NCBI GenBank assembly: GCA_963674865.2
Contig: CAXXYE010000009.1
Coordinates: 1,792,001-1,856,000 of the forward strand
Source of the DNA: Candidatus Hydrogenedentota bacterium
GTDB taxonomy: Bacteria; Hydrogenedentota; Hydrogenedentia; Hydrogenedentales; SLHB01
Length of the DNA: 64,000 bases
Reading direction: 5' to 3'
The translations under genes and the position numbers were made by a program. A model generated the notes under the pieces. That model had not been told where the DNA came from. It searched no databases and was given only the letters and a program-made list of their open reading frames with translations. This document shows positions 9,207-18,588 of this stretch, in pieces. How positions within the stretch are numbered: the first letter of the stretch is position 1; every line of letters starts with the position of its first letter.

Positions 9207-9935
9207 CTACGGATGGGAGAGTTGAGCCACGGCCGCCTCGACTTCCGTCAAACGGCGCCAGAACGCCACCGTCGCGGGATAGCCCGTGCCCATCTCCATC
9301 CACGCGACGTGGCCGTCGGCGTAGAGCACGTTAATCCCCTTGCGGCCGTGGTTCTCTGGGCGGTCGAACGCAACGGGCATGAGTCCCAACGCAGCATATC
9401 CGCGAGCGTCCAACGCCGCTGCGTCGTATTCCGGCGCGGGCAGCCGATCGCCCGCGCGCGCCGCCCGCAGGTAGGTGTCGAGAAAGGCGAGTGCCTCTAT
9501 TTCTGTCGCCAGGCCCGGCCCCAGATACACATAGCTCGCGTTGCCGGGAAATTCGTCTCCGGGCGCGGCGCCGGCGTCTTGAGGACACCTGAGTATCGAG
9601 GTGTCGGCGATGTAAGCGGGAATCAGGGGCTCGCCGGTGCTTGACACCTGGCCCGGGGCGAACATGAACTCGCCCGGCACGGCCGACAACGCCGGCCACC
9701 GCCCCTCATTCTCGCTTTTCCACAGGAAGCAGGCCAGGCCAATCTCCCGCAGGTTCGTCTGGCAATTCGGCGCACTCAGGTTCTTCATGGCGCCCGGAAG
9801 GCAGATCCATACGCCGCCGCACACGGCAATCAGCGCGACGACTGTACATGCCGCCGCCCACCGCCACGGGCTAGGGCGCGTAGTCTTGCGCGAAGCCCCG
9901 TCGTCGTGTTCGTCCGTCATGCGTTCTTGTCTCAA
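9207..9935 (-). CDS. DUF1559 / H-X9-DG-like membrane-anchored protein
   Basis: TM segment, CQTNLREIGLA, LRCP.D, SYVY, NH..GINVLYADGHV. Confidence 0.8.
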   Translation of the reverse strand: MRQERMTDEHDDGASRKTTRPSPWRWAAACTVVALIAVCGGVWICLPGAMKNLSAPNCQTNLREIGLACFLWKSENEGRWPALSAVPGEFMFAPGQVSSTGEPLIPAYIADTSILRCPQDAGAAPGDEFPGNASYVYLGPGLATEIEALAFLDTYLRAARAGDRLPAPEYDAAALDARGYAALGLMPVAFDRPENHGRKGINVLYADGHVAWMEMGTGYPATVAFWRRLTEVEAAVAQLSHP

Positions 9936-10059
9936 AGCCGAGCCCTTTTCTCTTCACTATGGTATCACGTGAAGCTATGCCCTCCCTTGAAAAGCGCCCT
10001 TTCTGCCCGTATCATGGCGCTCCTCACGTCCTGGTTTGCATTTTGGCGGAAAGACTCTC

Positions 10060-11358
10060 GTGAGATTCTCAGGTATCAAGCTCGTACTGATCGCCTATCT
10101 CGTGATCGCCGTGCTCATGACCGTATTCCGCCCTGAAGCGGCCGGCCCCCCGACGCCCAATGCCACCCAGATCACTCTCTCCTTCTGGGGGAGCTACGAA
10201 GAGTGGGGCATGTGGCGCGATATTATCGCCGGTTTTCACGCCAAGAACCCCGATATCTGGGTCAAACTCAACTATATTCCCGGCCAATACGACGATAAGA
10301 TTCGCCTTCTTCTCGCCGCCGACTCCGCCCCCGACGTGATGCTCATTCAGGACGAGCCCTTTCCCGTCTACGCCGCATACGGCAAGTTCGCCGATCTCAC
10401 GGACTGGGCCTACGGCCCCGACGTGCCCCTCGATTGGGACACGGCCTTCTGGCCCACCGCCGCCGAGAGCTTCAAGCTCGAGGGACGCGTTATGGGCATG
10501 CCCCTTTGGGGCGGCAACGTCCTCGTCTACTACAACAAGACCATGTTCCACGACCTCGGCATCGAGCCGCCCTCCGACGACTGGACCCTCGACGAGTTTG
10601 TTGCCAAAGCCAAGGAACTTACGCGCGATCTGGACGGCGACGGACGCCTCGACACCTTCGGCTTTTCCTTGCCCGGCTGGGTCTACTTCCTCCCCTGGAC
10701 CTGGGGCTTCGGCGCCAGCTATCTCAACGAAGCCCACGATGATTGGACCTTCACCGGGCCCGAGGCCCTCGACGCGACGCGCTTCTATCAGGACCTGCGG
10801 TTCAAGTACCACGTCGCGCCGGCCATCCAGGACATGCCCGGCGTGCAGGAAAGCGTCATGTTCATGACGGGCCGCATCGGCATGAACGTCAGCGGCCCTT
10901 GGCAGAGCCCGGGGCTCAACACCGCCGGCATTGATTTCGACGTTGTCCACATCCCCGTCGGCCCCGCGGGCCGCCGCTACACCCGCGTTACCTGGGACGC
11001 CCTCTGCCTCTTCGACAAGTCGCCGCACAAGCCCGAGGCTTTGTGTTTCATGGCTTATTGCCTCTCCCTCGAAGCGCAAGGCATCGTCGGGCGCTATATC
11101 CGCTCCGTACCCGCCGTTGTCGCCGCCAAAGACACCTTCATCGACCCCGACAACGGCTGGCACGAAGAGAAGTACATCGACGCCCTTTCGTACGCCCGCA
11201 TGCAGCCCATCTCCTCCAAGTGGGAGGAGATGCGCCAGGTCATCGAGCCTGAGTACGAACGGCTCCTCTTGAACAAGATCACGCCGGAAGAGGCCCTGGC
11301 CAATATGGCCGAAGGCATGCGGGACAACGATGTCTTCCCCATTCGAGAAGCACCATGA
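10060..11358 (+). CDS. Sugar ABC transporter substrate-binding protein
   Basis: APDV, VYYNKTMF, WTLDEF, FMTGRIGM...GPW; precedes two permeases. Confidence 0.9.
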   Translation: MRFSGIKLVLIAYLVIAVLMTVFRPEAAGPPTPNATQITLSFWGSYEEWGMWRDIIAGFHAKNPDIWVKLNYIPGQYDDKIRLLLAADSAPDVMLIQDEPFPVYAAYGKFADLTDWAYGPDVPLDWDTAFWPTAAESFKLEGRVMGMPLWGGNVLVYYNKTMFHDLGIEPPSDDWTLDEFVAKAKELTRDLDGDGRLDTFGFSLPGWVYFLPWTWGFGASYLNEAHDDWTFTGPEALDATRFYQDLRFKYHVAPAIQDMPGVQESVMFMTGRIGMNVSGPWQSPGLNTAGIDFDVVHIPVGPAGRRYTRVTWDALCLFDKSPHKPEALCFMAYCLSLEAQGIVGRYIRSVPAVVAAKDTFIDPDNGWHEEKYIDALSYARMQPISSKWEEMRQVIEPEYERLLLNKITPEEALANMAEGMRDNDVFPIREAP

Positions 11359-12356
11359 CAAGGTCCAAACGTACATACCGGCCTCGCTACCGCTGGCATG
11401 AGAACCTCCAGGGCTACCTTTTCGCGAGTCCCTGGCTGTTCGGCCTTATCTTCTTCCTTTTCGGCCCGATGGTGTTCTCCATGATCCTCTGCCTCTACAA
11501 ATGGAACGGCATCACCGCCTTCAACAGCGCCAACGCCACCTTTGTCGGGCTCGATCATTTCCGCAGGATCTTTCACGAGGATCGCTACTTCTGGAAGGCC
11601 CTCTACAACACCGCCGTCTACGCCGGTTTCAGCGTGCCCCTTGGCATTTGCACGTCCCTTTTCCTCGCCAACCTGCTCAACGCGAAGCTCCGCGGTATCG
11701 CTATCTTCCGCACGATTTTCTATCTGCCCAACGTCCTTGCCGGCGTCGCCACCATCATGATGTGGACCTGGATCTTCAATCCCGATTTCGGCGGTTTCAA
11801 TATCATGCTCGACAAGCTCGGCATCAAAGCCGCCGGCGATGCGTTTATCACCTTCGTCCCCGGCGTCCGGGGCTTCGTCGAGCGAAACCAGATCTCCTGG
11901 CCGCCCCTTTGGGTGGCCGACGAGTTCTGGGCCAAACCCGCCCTCATTATCATGAGCCTCTGGGGCGCCGGCGGCAGCATGCTGATCTACCTCGCCGGAC
12001 TCCAGAATATCCCCGCCCACTTGTACGAGGTCGCCGAAATCGACGGCGCGGGAAAGATACGCCAGTTCTTCGCCATCACCATCCCCATGCTCACGCCCAC
12101 GATCTTCTTCAACCTGATCATGAGCATCATCGGCTCCTTCCAGGTCTTCGCCCAGTCGTATCTTATGACCTCAGGCGGCCCGAATAACTCCACCTTGTTC
12201 TACGTGCTCTACCTTTTCCGAAAGGCGTTTCAGCACTTCGAGATGGGCTACGCAAGCGCCCTCGCCTGGATCCTCTTCGCCCTGATCATGGCCCTCACTC
12301 TGATCGTGCTGAAGTCAAGCAAGCTCTGGGTCTACTACGAAGGGGAGCGACGCTAG
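11355..12356 (+). CDS. Carbohydrate ABC transporter permease
   Basis: FVGLDHF, FRTIFYLP, LAGLQNIP..LYEVAEIDGA EAA loop, MGYASA. Confidence 0.95.
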   Translation: MTRSKRTYRPRYRWHENLQGYLFASPWLFGLIFFLFGPMVFSMILCLYKWNGITAFNSANATFVGLDHFRRIFHEDRYFWKALYNTAVYAGFSVPLGICTSLFLANLLNAKLRGIAIFRTIFYLPNVLAGVATIMMWTWIFNPDFGGFNIMLDKLGIKAAGDAFITFVPGVRGFVERNQISWPPLWVADEFWAKPALIIMSLWGAGGSMLIYLAGLQNIPAHLYEVAEIDGAGKIRQFFAITIPMLTPTIFFNLIMSIIGSFQVFAQSYLMTSGGPNNSTLFYVLYLFRKAFQHFEMGYASALAWILFALIMALTLIVLKSSKLWVYYEGERR

Positions 12357-13223
12357 ATGGCGCACGGAAACGTCCGATACTGGCAGCGCCGTAGCACCCA
12401 CGAGCGCCTCTGGCGCGTGATCACAATCACGTTTCTCAGCGCCCTCGCCCTCGTCTTCATCGGCCCCTTCTACTGGTCCCTCATCGCGTCCGTGAGCAGC
12501 CTTGAAGGCGTCTATGCCTCGCCGCCTCGCCTGTGGCCCGACACCTTCCACTTCGACAACTACGCTAAGGCCGTCACTATACTTCCCTTCCATCTGTTTG
12601 TTTTCAATAGCTTCTACGTGTGCGTTTTCTGCGTCATGGGCCAGGTCTTCTCCGCAAGCCTCGTCGCATACGCCTTCGCCCGCCTACGCTGGTTTGGCCG
12701 CGACACGTGGTTCGTCATTATGCTGGGCACCATGATGCTCCCTGCCCAGGTCACCATGATTCCCCACTACCAGATCTTCCGCTTCCTCGGGTGGATCGAC
12801 ACGCTCAAGCCGCTTATCATCCCCAGCTTCTTCGGCGGCGGGGCCTTCTTCATCTTCCTTATGCGCCAGTTCTTCAAGACCATCCCCGCGGAGCTCGAAG
12901 AAGCGGCCCGCCTCGACGGCTGCTCGAACATACGCATCTTCTGGGATATCATGCTCCCCCTATCCACCCCGGCCGTTGCCACCATCAGCGTCATGAGCTT
13001 CATCGCCCATTGGCAGAACTTCATGGGGCCGCTCATCTACCTGAACAGTTTCGAGAAGTACACCGTCAGCATCGGCCTGCGCATGTTCCAGAACCTGTAC
13101 GGCAGCTATCCCCACTACATGCTCGCCGCGTCCACCATCGCCCTCATCCCCGTGCTCACCCTCTTCTTCGTGGCGCAGAAGTACTTCGTCCGCGGCATCG
13201 TACTTACCGGAATGAAGGGCTGA
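12357..13223 (+). CDS. Carbohydrate ABC transporter permease
   Basis: AYAFARL, IPAELEEAARLDG EAA loop, QKYFVRG. Confidence 0.95.
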   Translation: MAHGNVRYWQRRSTHERLWRVITITFLSALALVFIGPFYWSLIASVSSLEGVYASPPRLWPDTFHFDNYAKAVTILPFHLFVFNSFYVCVFCVMGQVFSASLVAYAFARLRWFGRDTWFVIMLGTMMLPAQVTMIPHYQIFRFLGWIDTLKPLIIPSFFGGGAFFIFLMRQFFKTIPAELEEAARLDGCSNIRIFWDIMLPLSTPAVATISVMSFIAHWQNFMGPLIYLNSFEKYTVSIGLRMFQNLYGSYPHYMLAASTIALIPVLTLFFVAQKYFVRGIVLTGMKG

Positions 13224-13261
13224 GTCCAGTCCGGCCCCGGCCGCGCCCCCGCTTCCCCGAA

Positions 13262-15361
13262 TCACTGCATGTAGCCAAGGGCTCGCAGGGCATCGCGTAC
13301 CTGCGGGTCGAGTTCCTCATCTGCAACGGTCTCGGTGTCGGCTACGTACCAGATGTACACGGCAAACTTCGATGGCAGCACGGTCGGGTCGAACGCGTCG
13401 GGATCGGCGAGCATGTCTTTCATCCGAAGAACGGCACGTCGAAGCGGCCGATGCTTACCCTCGCTGCCGATTGAGATCTCCTCCGGATCGATGGGCTTGC
13501 CGTTGCTCTTGAGCGTGACTGTCAGCTCACTGTCGAGCGGCGCATGAATGTGCAGGTGCGCGTGGTTCTGTTCCAGGGCGCCAAACCATAGGTGGGCGTT
13601 GTGCAGTGTGAAGCGCAGGTCCTCCATCTTGACTTCGAATGTGACGGTGTCGCCGTCGCGTTCCATATGCCCGCTGACTTCCGGATACTGCAGCTCGACG
13701 TCGCCGAATCCCTCGCCCTTGATGGTGCCCGTCACCGTGTTGAAGGAGTTCTCCCCGCCGGTGAGGAGCAGGTGAAAACCTCCGGCGCCGCGCATCGCCA
13801 TCCGCGCCGTGTGATGCTCCAATTGCGGCCCCCACTCAGGAGGCTCCGTCAGAGGATGCATTTCGCCGGGATCGTTGACGAGGTCGTACCAGGATTTCGT
13901 GCCCGCCACAAGATTGTGAATGTACTTCTTGGAGGTCGTTTTGGCCGCCCGTGCGCTGCGCGCGTCGAGAATGAGCGAGGTATATCCGAGGCGGTCTTCG
14001 GCCTCGCCGGCATCGAGCAGGTGCGTGAACGATTTTCCCTGAAACCGGGCGTCCTTATCGCCGCCTACGAGGTCGAGAATCGTCGGCGCGATGTCTACCA
14101 CCTCGACCAGGCCGTCCCGTACCTCGCCCGCGTGGGCCATGTCGGGAAGCTTGACGAGCAGCGGGATGCTGATCTCTTCCTCGAAGAGCGATCGTCCGTG
14201 GCTCATCTCCCCGTGTTCCATGAACTGCTCCCCGTGGTCCGAGAGCACGATGATCAGGGAACTATCGTACAATCCGCGCGCCTTGAGACTCTCTACCAGT
14301 CGCCCGAACTGCGCGTCCGTGTAAGCAATCTCTCCATCGTAGAGTGACTTCTCATGGAGAACCTTCGTTTCCTCTTCATTCCGGCCCTCGTGTTCGGGTG
14401 GGAACTTGGTGTCGTATGGGGGCGGGGGTGTGTACGGCTCGTGCGGCCCCATGGCGTGTACGTACAGGAACCAGGGCTGATTGGCGGCCATGTCGAGCGT
14501 CGCCAGCGCCGTGTCTACGACCTCGGCGTCGTCCGCCTTGGCCCAATGCGCCGAATTGACGTCCACGTACCGGTTGAACTCTTGGCCGAATCCCCATATG
14601 GGAAGGCAGTTCGGGTTGTTCATAATGCCGTGCGTCTCGTATCCCGCCTTCTCGATGGCTTTGGCCAGCGTGGGCAGGCCGGAGCGCATGACATCGGGGC
14701 GATCTTGCGCCCCGTGGACGTTCGGGTACGTTGATGTGAGGAGCGATGCCACCGAGGGCCGTGTCCACGAGGATTGGGGCAGCGCTTCCGTGAACTTGAC
14801 GGCATCCTTGGCAAACGCATCCAGGTTCGGCGACGTGTCGATGGGGCAGCCGTAGCACCCGAGCCCATCCTGGCGGAGGGTGTCGATGAGGAAGACGAGA
14901 ACGTTCGGCGGCGGCTCACTGCGCGGCGTCGAGAATTCGCACGGCCCCACCCAGAATTCCTCCGGGCAATGGAACACGACCGAGCAGCGCGAGGCCCCAG
15001 CGTAAGGCGTGAGATCGACGACCTCGTTCAGCCACACGCGGGTGTCATGCGATTCCACCGTCGTGACGGGCTGGCCGTCGACGAATACGGCCGCCGTCAC
15101 ATGCGCCGGCCGCTCCTCAACATCCGGCATAACGCTCACGCGGAGGAGGGCGTTTTCCGGCACGGCCCCCAAGTCGGCTCGCCATAGGCCCGCCGGCGAC
15201 ACGTGCCACGCGTCGCGCCATTCTTTCTCGCACTCCGCGCGGGTCTTGGGAAGGTCCGTCAAAGACAGCGGTTGCCCGGACTTTTCGGTCAATCGGGGCC
15301 CGCAGCCCGCCAAGAGAACCACAAAGCACGTGGCAAGGATATAAAACCGTCCGAAAAACAT
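13262..15361 (-). CDS. Lipoprotein, sulfatase-like (alkaline phosphatase superfamily) hydrolase/transferase
   Basis: LLAGC lipobox; PNVLVFLIDTLRQD, SWTRPS, PHEPY, SDHGE, HG; C-terminal LRALGY. Confidence 0.85.
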   Translation of the reverse strand: MFFGRFYILATCFVVLLAGCGPRLTEKSGQPLSLTDLPKTRAECEKEWRDAWHVSPAGLWRADLGAVPENALLRVSVMPDVEERPAHVTAAVFVDGQPVTTVESHDTRVWLNEVVDLTPYAGASRCSVVFHCPEEFWVGPCEFSTPRSEPPPNVLVFLIDTLRQDGLGCYGCPIDTSPNLDAFAKDAVKFTEALPQSSWTRPSVASLLTSTYPNVHGAQDRPDVMRSGLPTLAKAIEKAGYETHGIMNNPNCLPIWGFGQEFNRYVDVNSAHWAKADDAEVVDTALATLDMAANQPWFLYVHAMGPHEPYTPPPPYDTKFPPEHEGRNEEETKVLHEKSLYDGEIAYTDAQFGRLVESLKARGLYDSSLIIVLSDHGEQFMEHGEMSHGRSLFEEEISIPLLVKLPDMAHAGEVRDGLVEVVDIAPTILDLVGGDKDARFQGKSFTHLLDAGEAEDRLGYTSLILDARSARAAKTTSKKYIHNLVAGTKSWYDLVNDPGEMHPLTEPPEWGPQLEHHTARMAMRGAGGFHLLLTGGENSFNTVTGTIKGEGFGDVELQYPEVSGHMERDGDTVTFEVKMEDLRFTLHNAHLWFGALEQNHAHLHIHAPLDSELTVTLKSNGKPIDPEEISIGSEGKHRPLRRAVLRMKDMLADPDAFDPTVLPSKFAVYIWYVADTETVADEELDPQVRDALRALGYMQ

Positions 15362-15452
15362 CGCCGCATGGTACAAAAGCGGGGAGAAACGTTCAAATGC
15401 CGTTGCCGAATTGCGCGGCGCACGCCCGGTAGTCCGAGTGTCTCGCGCGCAG

Positions 15453-16547
15453 TCATCCCACGGCCGGTGAACGACAGCGCTGCGTGACGCCATTCGACAA
15501 GCCGTCCCGGCGGCCCGCTTCGAGAGAGGCTGTGGTTCGGGAGTCGTCCACGGCAAACCTTGGAAAGGACCTGGGACAGTCCCGTCTTCGTCCGCCTGCG
15601 GCGGACTCCGCTTGGGACAGTCCCGGTCTTTCGCTCAACCTCTGGGGCGAATGCGACTTTTTCAACAGCTCCTCTGTCCCTGCTTTTCGCGACAAGAACG
15701 TGACGCCATCAGCGTGAATCATGCCACTGCAACCCTTTGTTCCGCTTGAAACGGGCGCCGAAGGCGCCAAGTCGGCTTTGGAAGGAAGGGGTCTTTCCCG
15801 GCATTCCACGGACTCGCAGAGATCTGGGGCCGGTTCCTTCGGCTCTGGCGGTGGAGCATCGCGATCGCCGGGCGGACAGAACGGCAGATTGGCATCCAAC
15901 ATACGCCGAAACCGGCGATACTCGCCGGCAATCCGCAAGAACGCCTCCAGATAGGGATGGACTCTGTACCTTTCGCAGGTGTAGGTGGAGGAAAAGGCCG
16001 AGGTCAGGTCGATGAGCTTCTGTTGAGTCAGCGCCCGTGCCCCCCGAGACATCATCACCTGCAACAACGCCAACGTGTGAACGAGATACCGATCCATCGC
16101 GTCCGGCGCGGACGCTTGCCCATACCGCGCCATGCCGTCCGCCACGACCTCGTCATACTCCGCCTGCTCGTAGGGACACGTATACACCACCGGGCGGCGG
16201 CCGTCCTTGGGCTGCGCCAGTTCCGCCACGTCATCGCCCCACAGCGGGCACGTTCGCCATAGCGGACAATGCTTGCCGCAGACCTGGAGCCGCCGCGAAT
16301 ACAGGCCGTGAAGCACGGCATTGCGATTGCCCTTCGGTGCGCCCGTCAACGCGAATCCCCCGTGGAACCGGCATCGCCCCGAGGGATGATCCGACGTGAG
16401 CGTACATGGCGTGCCTGACATCGTCCGCGCCCCGCAGACCCGCCGTCCCAACTCCTCCTCGACCGCCTCGACCCGCGCAATCCACGCCTCGTCCCACGAC
16501 CCCGCGCACGGCGTCCCCAAGGCCGTATGTTTTCTGTCTTCACTCAT
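15453..16547 (-). CDS. HGGxSTG-like domain Cys-rich protein; C-terminus read through inserted MITEs
   Basis: CGARTMSGTPC...GRCRFHGGFALTGAPKGNRNAVLHGLYS; second Cys cluster CGKHCPLWRTCP. Confidence 0.65.
   Translation of the reverse strand: MSEDRKHTALGTPCAGSWDEAWIARVEAVEEELGRRVCGARTMSGTPCTLTSDHPSGRCRFHGGFALTGAPKGNRNAVLHGLYSRRLQVCGKHCPLWRTCPLWGDDVAELAQPKDGRRPVVYTCPYEQAEYDEVVADGMARYGQASAPDAMDRYLVHTLALLQVMMSRGARALTQQKLIDLTSAFSSTYTCERYRVHPYLEAFLRIAGEYRRFRRMLDANLPFCPPGDRDAPPPEPKEPAPDLCESVECRERPLPSKADLAPSAPVSSGTKGCSGMIHADGVTFLSRKAGTEELLKKSHSPQRLSERPGLSQAESAAGGRRRDCPRSFPRFAVDDSRTTASLEAGRRDGLSNGVTQRCRSPAVG
15563..15672 (+). mobile_element. MITE-B partial copy (left end missing)
   Basis: Matches the inner part and right TIR GACTTTTTCAACAGCTCC of the 30041, 41248 and 47181 copies. 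Confidence 0.85.
15673..15729 (-). mobile_element. MITE-A left arm, abutting the MITE-B TIR
   Basis: Reverse complement CAGTGGCATGATTCACGCTGATGGCGTC...GCGAAAAGCAGGGACAGA matches 19003-19058. Confidence 0.8.
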
Positions 16548-16586
16548 TGCCCGAGATCCTACGTTCCCTTTCTCGTTCATGCCGTT

Positions 16587-16781
16587 GGGAGGGTCACGCT
16601 CCCGCGTGACCCAGGACGTGCAGGAGCACGTCCCTCCCTGGCGCTTTACCTTGGTCGTGGAAGGGTCACGCTCCCGCGTGACCCAGGACGTGCAGGAGCC
16701 CGTCCCTCCCTGGCGCTTTACCTTGGTCGTGGAAGGGTCACGCTCCTGCGTGACCGGGACGTGCAGGAGCCCGTCCCTCCC
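16587..16781. repeat. Three tandem 72-bp GGAG-type REP doublets
   Basis: GG(G/A)AGGGTCACGCTCC(C/T)GCGTGACC...CGTCCCTCCC at 16587, 16659 and 16731; same hairpin as the 4318 array. Confidence 0.9.
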
Positions 16782-17144
16782 GGGCGCATTGTCCCGCGAA
16801 GGCCTGACATCCCCGAGCGGATGCCGTAGGCCGGGGGATGCAGGCTAAAGCCTGAACTCCGAACGCATTCCAGGCGGTGTGAGCCACCTCCCACCCATAA
16901 TCCCAAGGCGTTGCAGTGGTGTCGGTGTAACGGTCTACATCACAAAGGCTTGGCGCCTGTTCCTTAGAAGCAGCTTGGCCGTAGCCGCGTGCCGGGAAAC
17001 AAGGAGTCTTTACTTGACTGATAAGTATTTTAATGCTTTTAATGTGTAAGAGATGGCAGAGGGTGTCGGGCAGGTCTTGGGCGGGGGAAGAGAAGGAGGC
17101 CCATACCGATGAGGGCCTCACCATGCGGTGGTACCGGGGCGGGG

Positions 17145-17564
17145 TCAGTATTTCATGAGGGAGCCGTCGCGGCGGCCTTTCTCGACGGAAATGGAGAAGA
17201 TGAAGACGCTCACGGGGAGGAAGACGAGGGCGATCACGGCGAGGCCGCCCAGTTCACCTCGCAGTTCGTTGAGCGAGTAGCCTTTGAGGAGGGCGAGCCG
17301 CATGGCTTCGAGGGCGTGGGTGAAGTAGCGCGAGAAGGCCACGCCGACGACGGCGAATGGGAAGTAGGCCCCGCCGTAGGCGTCGAGTCGCCCCGCCGTG
17401 CCGCTGCCCATCAGTTTCGCGAGGAAGAAGAAGGTGAGGACGGGGAAGATGGAGTCGAGGAGTTCGAGGATGAAGGCGAGCTTGTAACTCGACTCGACGA
17501 GGAAGTCGCGCCTGATGAAGGTGACGGCCTTATGGCCTAGGGCGTGGGCGGACATAGCAGACAT
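17145..17564 (-). pseudogene. ABC-2-type exporter permease with apparent in-frame internal deletion
   Basis: N-terminus (FIRRDFLVESSYKLAF...YFPFAVVG) joined directly to a typical C-terminus (THALEAMR.ALL...RRDGSL..Y); only 139 aa. Confidence 0.6.
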
Positions 17565-17613
17565 CCTTTCGATGTAGACGTACGGGGCTCTTGCTGGAGG
17601 TGAGTGCTGGTTA

Positions 17614-17950
17614 TGTCGCCCCTAACGGGGCTTGGTTCGTGGGAGATGCCTGCTCCCACGGCTTACGCCGTGGGCTAGCGTCTTCCGCCCGCTGTGCGGG
17701 CTATTCAGTGCGTCGGCGACGAGGCCCGTGCGTAGAGCGTGTCGGACTGGCCCAAGTCCGCACGTACGCCGGGCAGGGTTCACGCCAATCGCGGGGATAT
17801 GCAGGCTGGACGCCTGCGCCACAATGAGCGGCCGGAGCTTGTCCATGCGGGCGTGCGCGGGGATATGCAGGCTGGAAGCCTGCGCCACAATAGGGCCCTT
17901 CTCGTGGAACTTCTTCCGAGAGAGTGCTCAAGCTGAAGCTTGAACTCGAA
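17614..17950. repeat. Cluster of REP-like palindromes from several families
   Basis: GCCCCTAACGGGGC...CCCACGGCTTACGCCGTGGG; two copies of GGGATATGCAGGCTGGA(C/A)GCCTGCGCCACAAT; CAAGCTGAAGCTTGAACTC. Confidence 0.8.
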
Positions 17951-18006
17951 ACGTGTCGCGAGTGTCGGGTTAAGCAAGTGTTGTAGGGAGAAGCTGGGCG
18001 CACGCA

Positions 18007-18588
18007 TCAGTCGACGCTCTGGACGGCCTGCTCGTAAGAGGACGCGAGGCCGCCGGGGCGGCTCAAGACGGCGTATACATCGTCGAGGGCCACGAGCCTT
18101 CCTTGGGCAATGACGCACACTTTCCGGCAAAGGTCCTCGACATCGCCCAGACTGTGCGTAACGAGAATCAGCGTCCTTCCCTCGGACTCGTTGAGCCGCT
18201 CGCGGATGGAACGCGTCAACTCGCGCGTGGCCAAGGGGTCGAGGCTTCTGGTGGGCTCATCGAGGAGGAGTACGTCGGGCTCGGAAAGCAGGGCGCGGGC
18301 AATGGCGAGGCGCTGCTTCATGCCGGAGGAGTAGTCGGATACGCGCTTGCGCGCCGCGCCGTCCAGTCCGATGGCGTGCAGGAGCGCTTCGGCCCGTTGG
18401 TGGAGGAGCTTGGGCGGTATGTTGTCCAGTGCGCCGAAGAATTGGAGGTTCTGGAGGCCCGTCAGGCGCCAATAGAAGCTGCGTTCTTCGTTGAGAACGA
18501 AGGCGGCTTTCTGCCTGGCTTTGAGGTTGTGCGCGCGGGTATCGAAGCCGCCGATGGAGATGCGGCCTTCGGAGGGGTAGAGGAGGCC
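18007..18588 (-). pseudogene. ABC transporter ATP-binding protein, 5'-truncated (no Walker A)
   Basis: GLLYPSEG, YSSGMKQRLAIARAL, LLLDEPT, VTH present; upstream part of the ORF is the antisense of a glycosyltransferase. Confidence 0.8.

Noticed and set aside
16587..16781. Mini-CRISPR (72-bp period)
   Set aside because: The two linkers are identical, so this is a tandem REP duplication.
17000..17060. AT-rich TAAG-containing tract as a dif/att site (similar tracts near 5205 and 29950)
   Set aside because: No convincing match to XerC/D or attC consensus and only weak symmetry.
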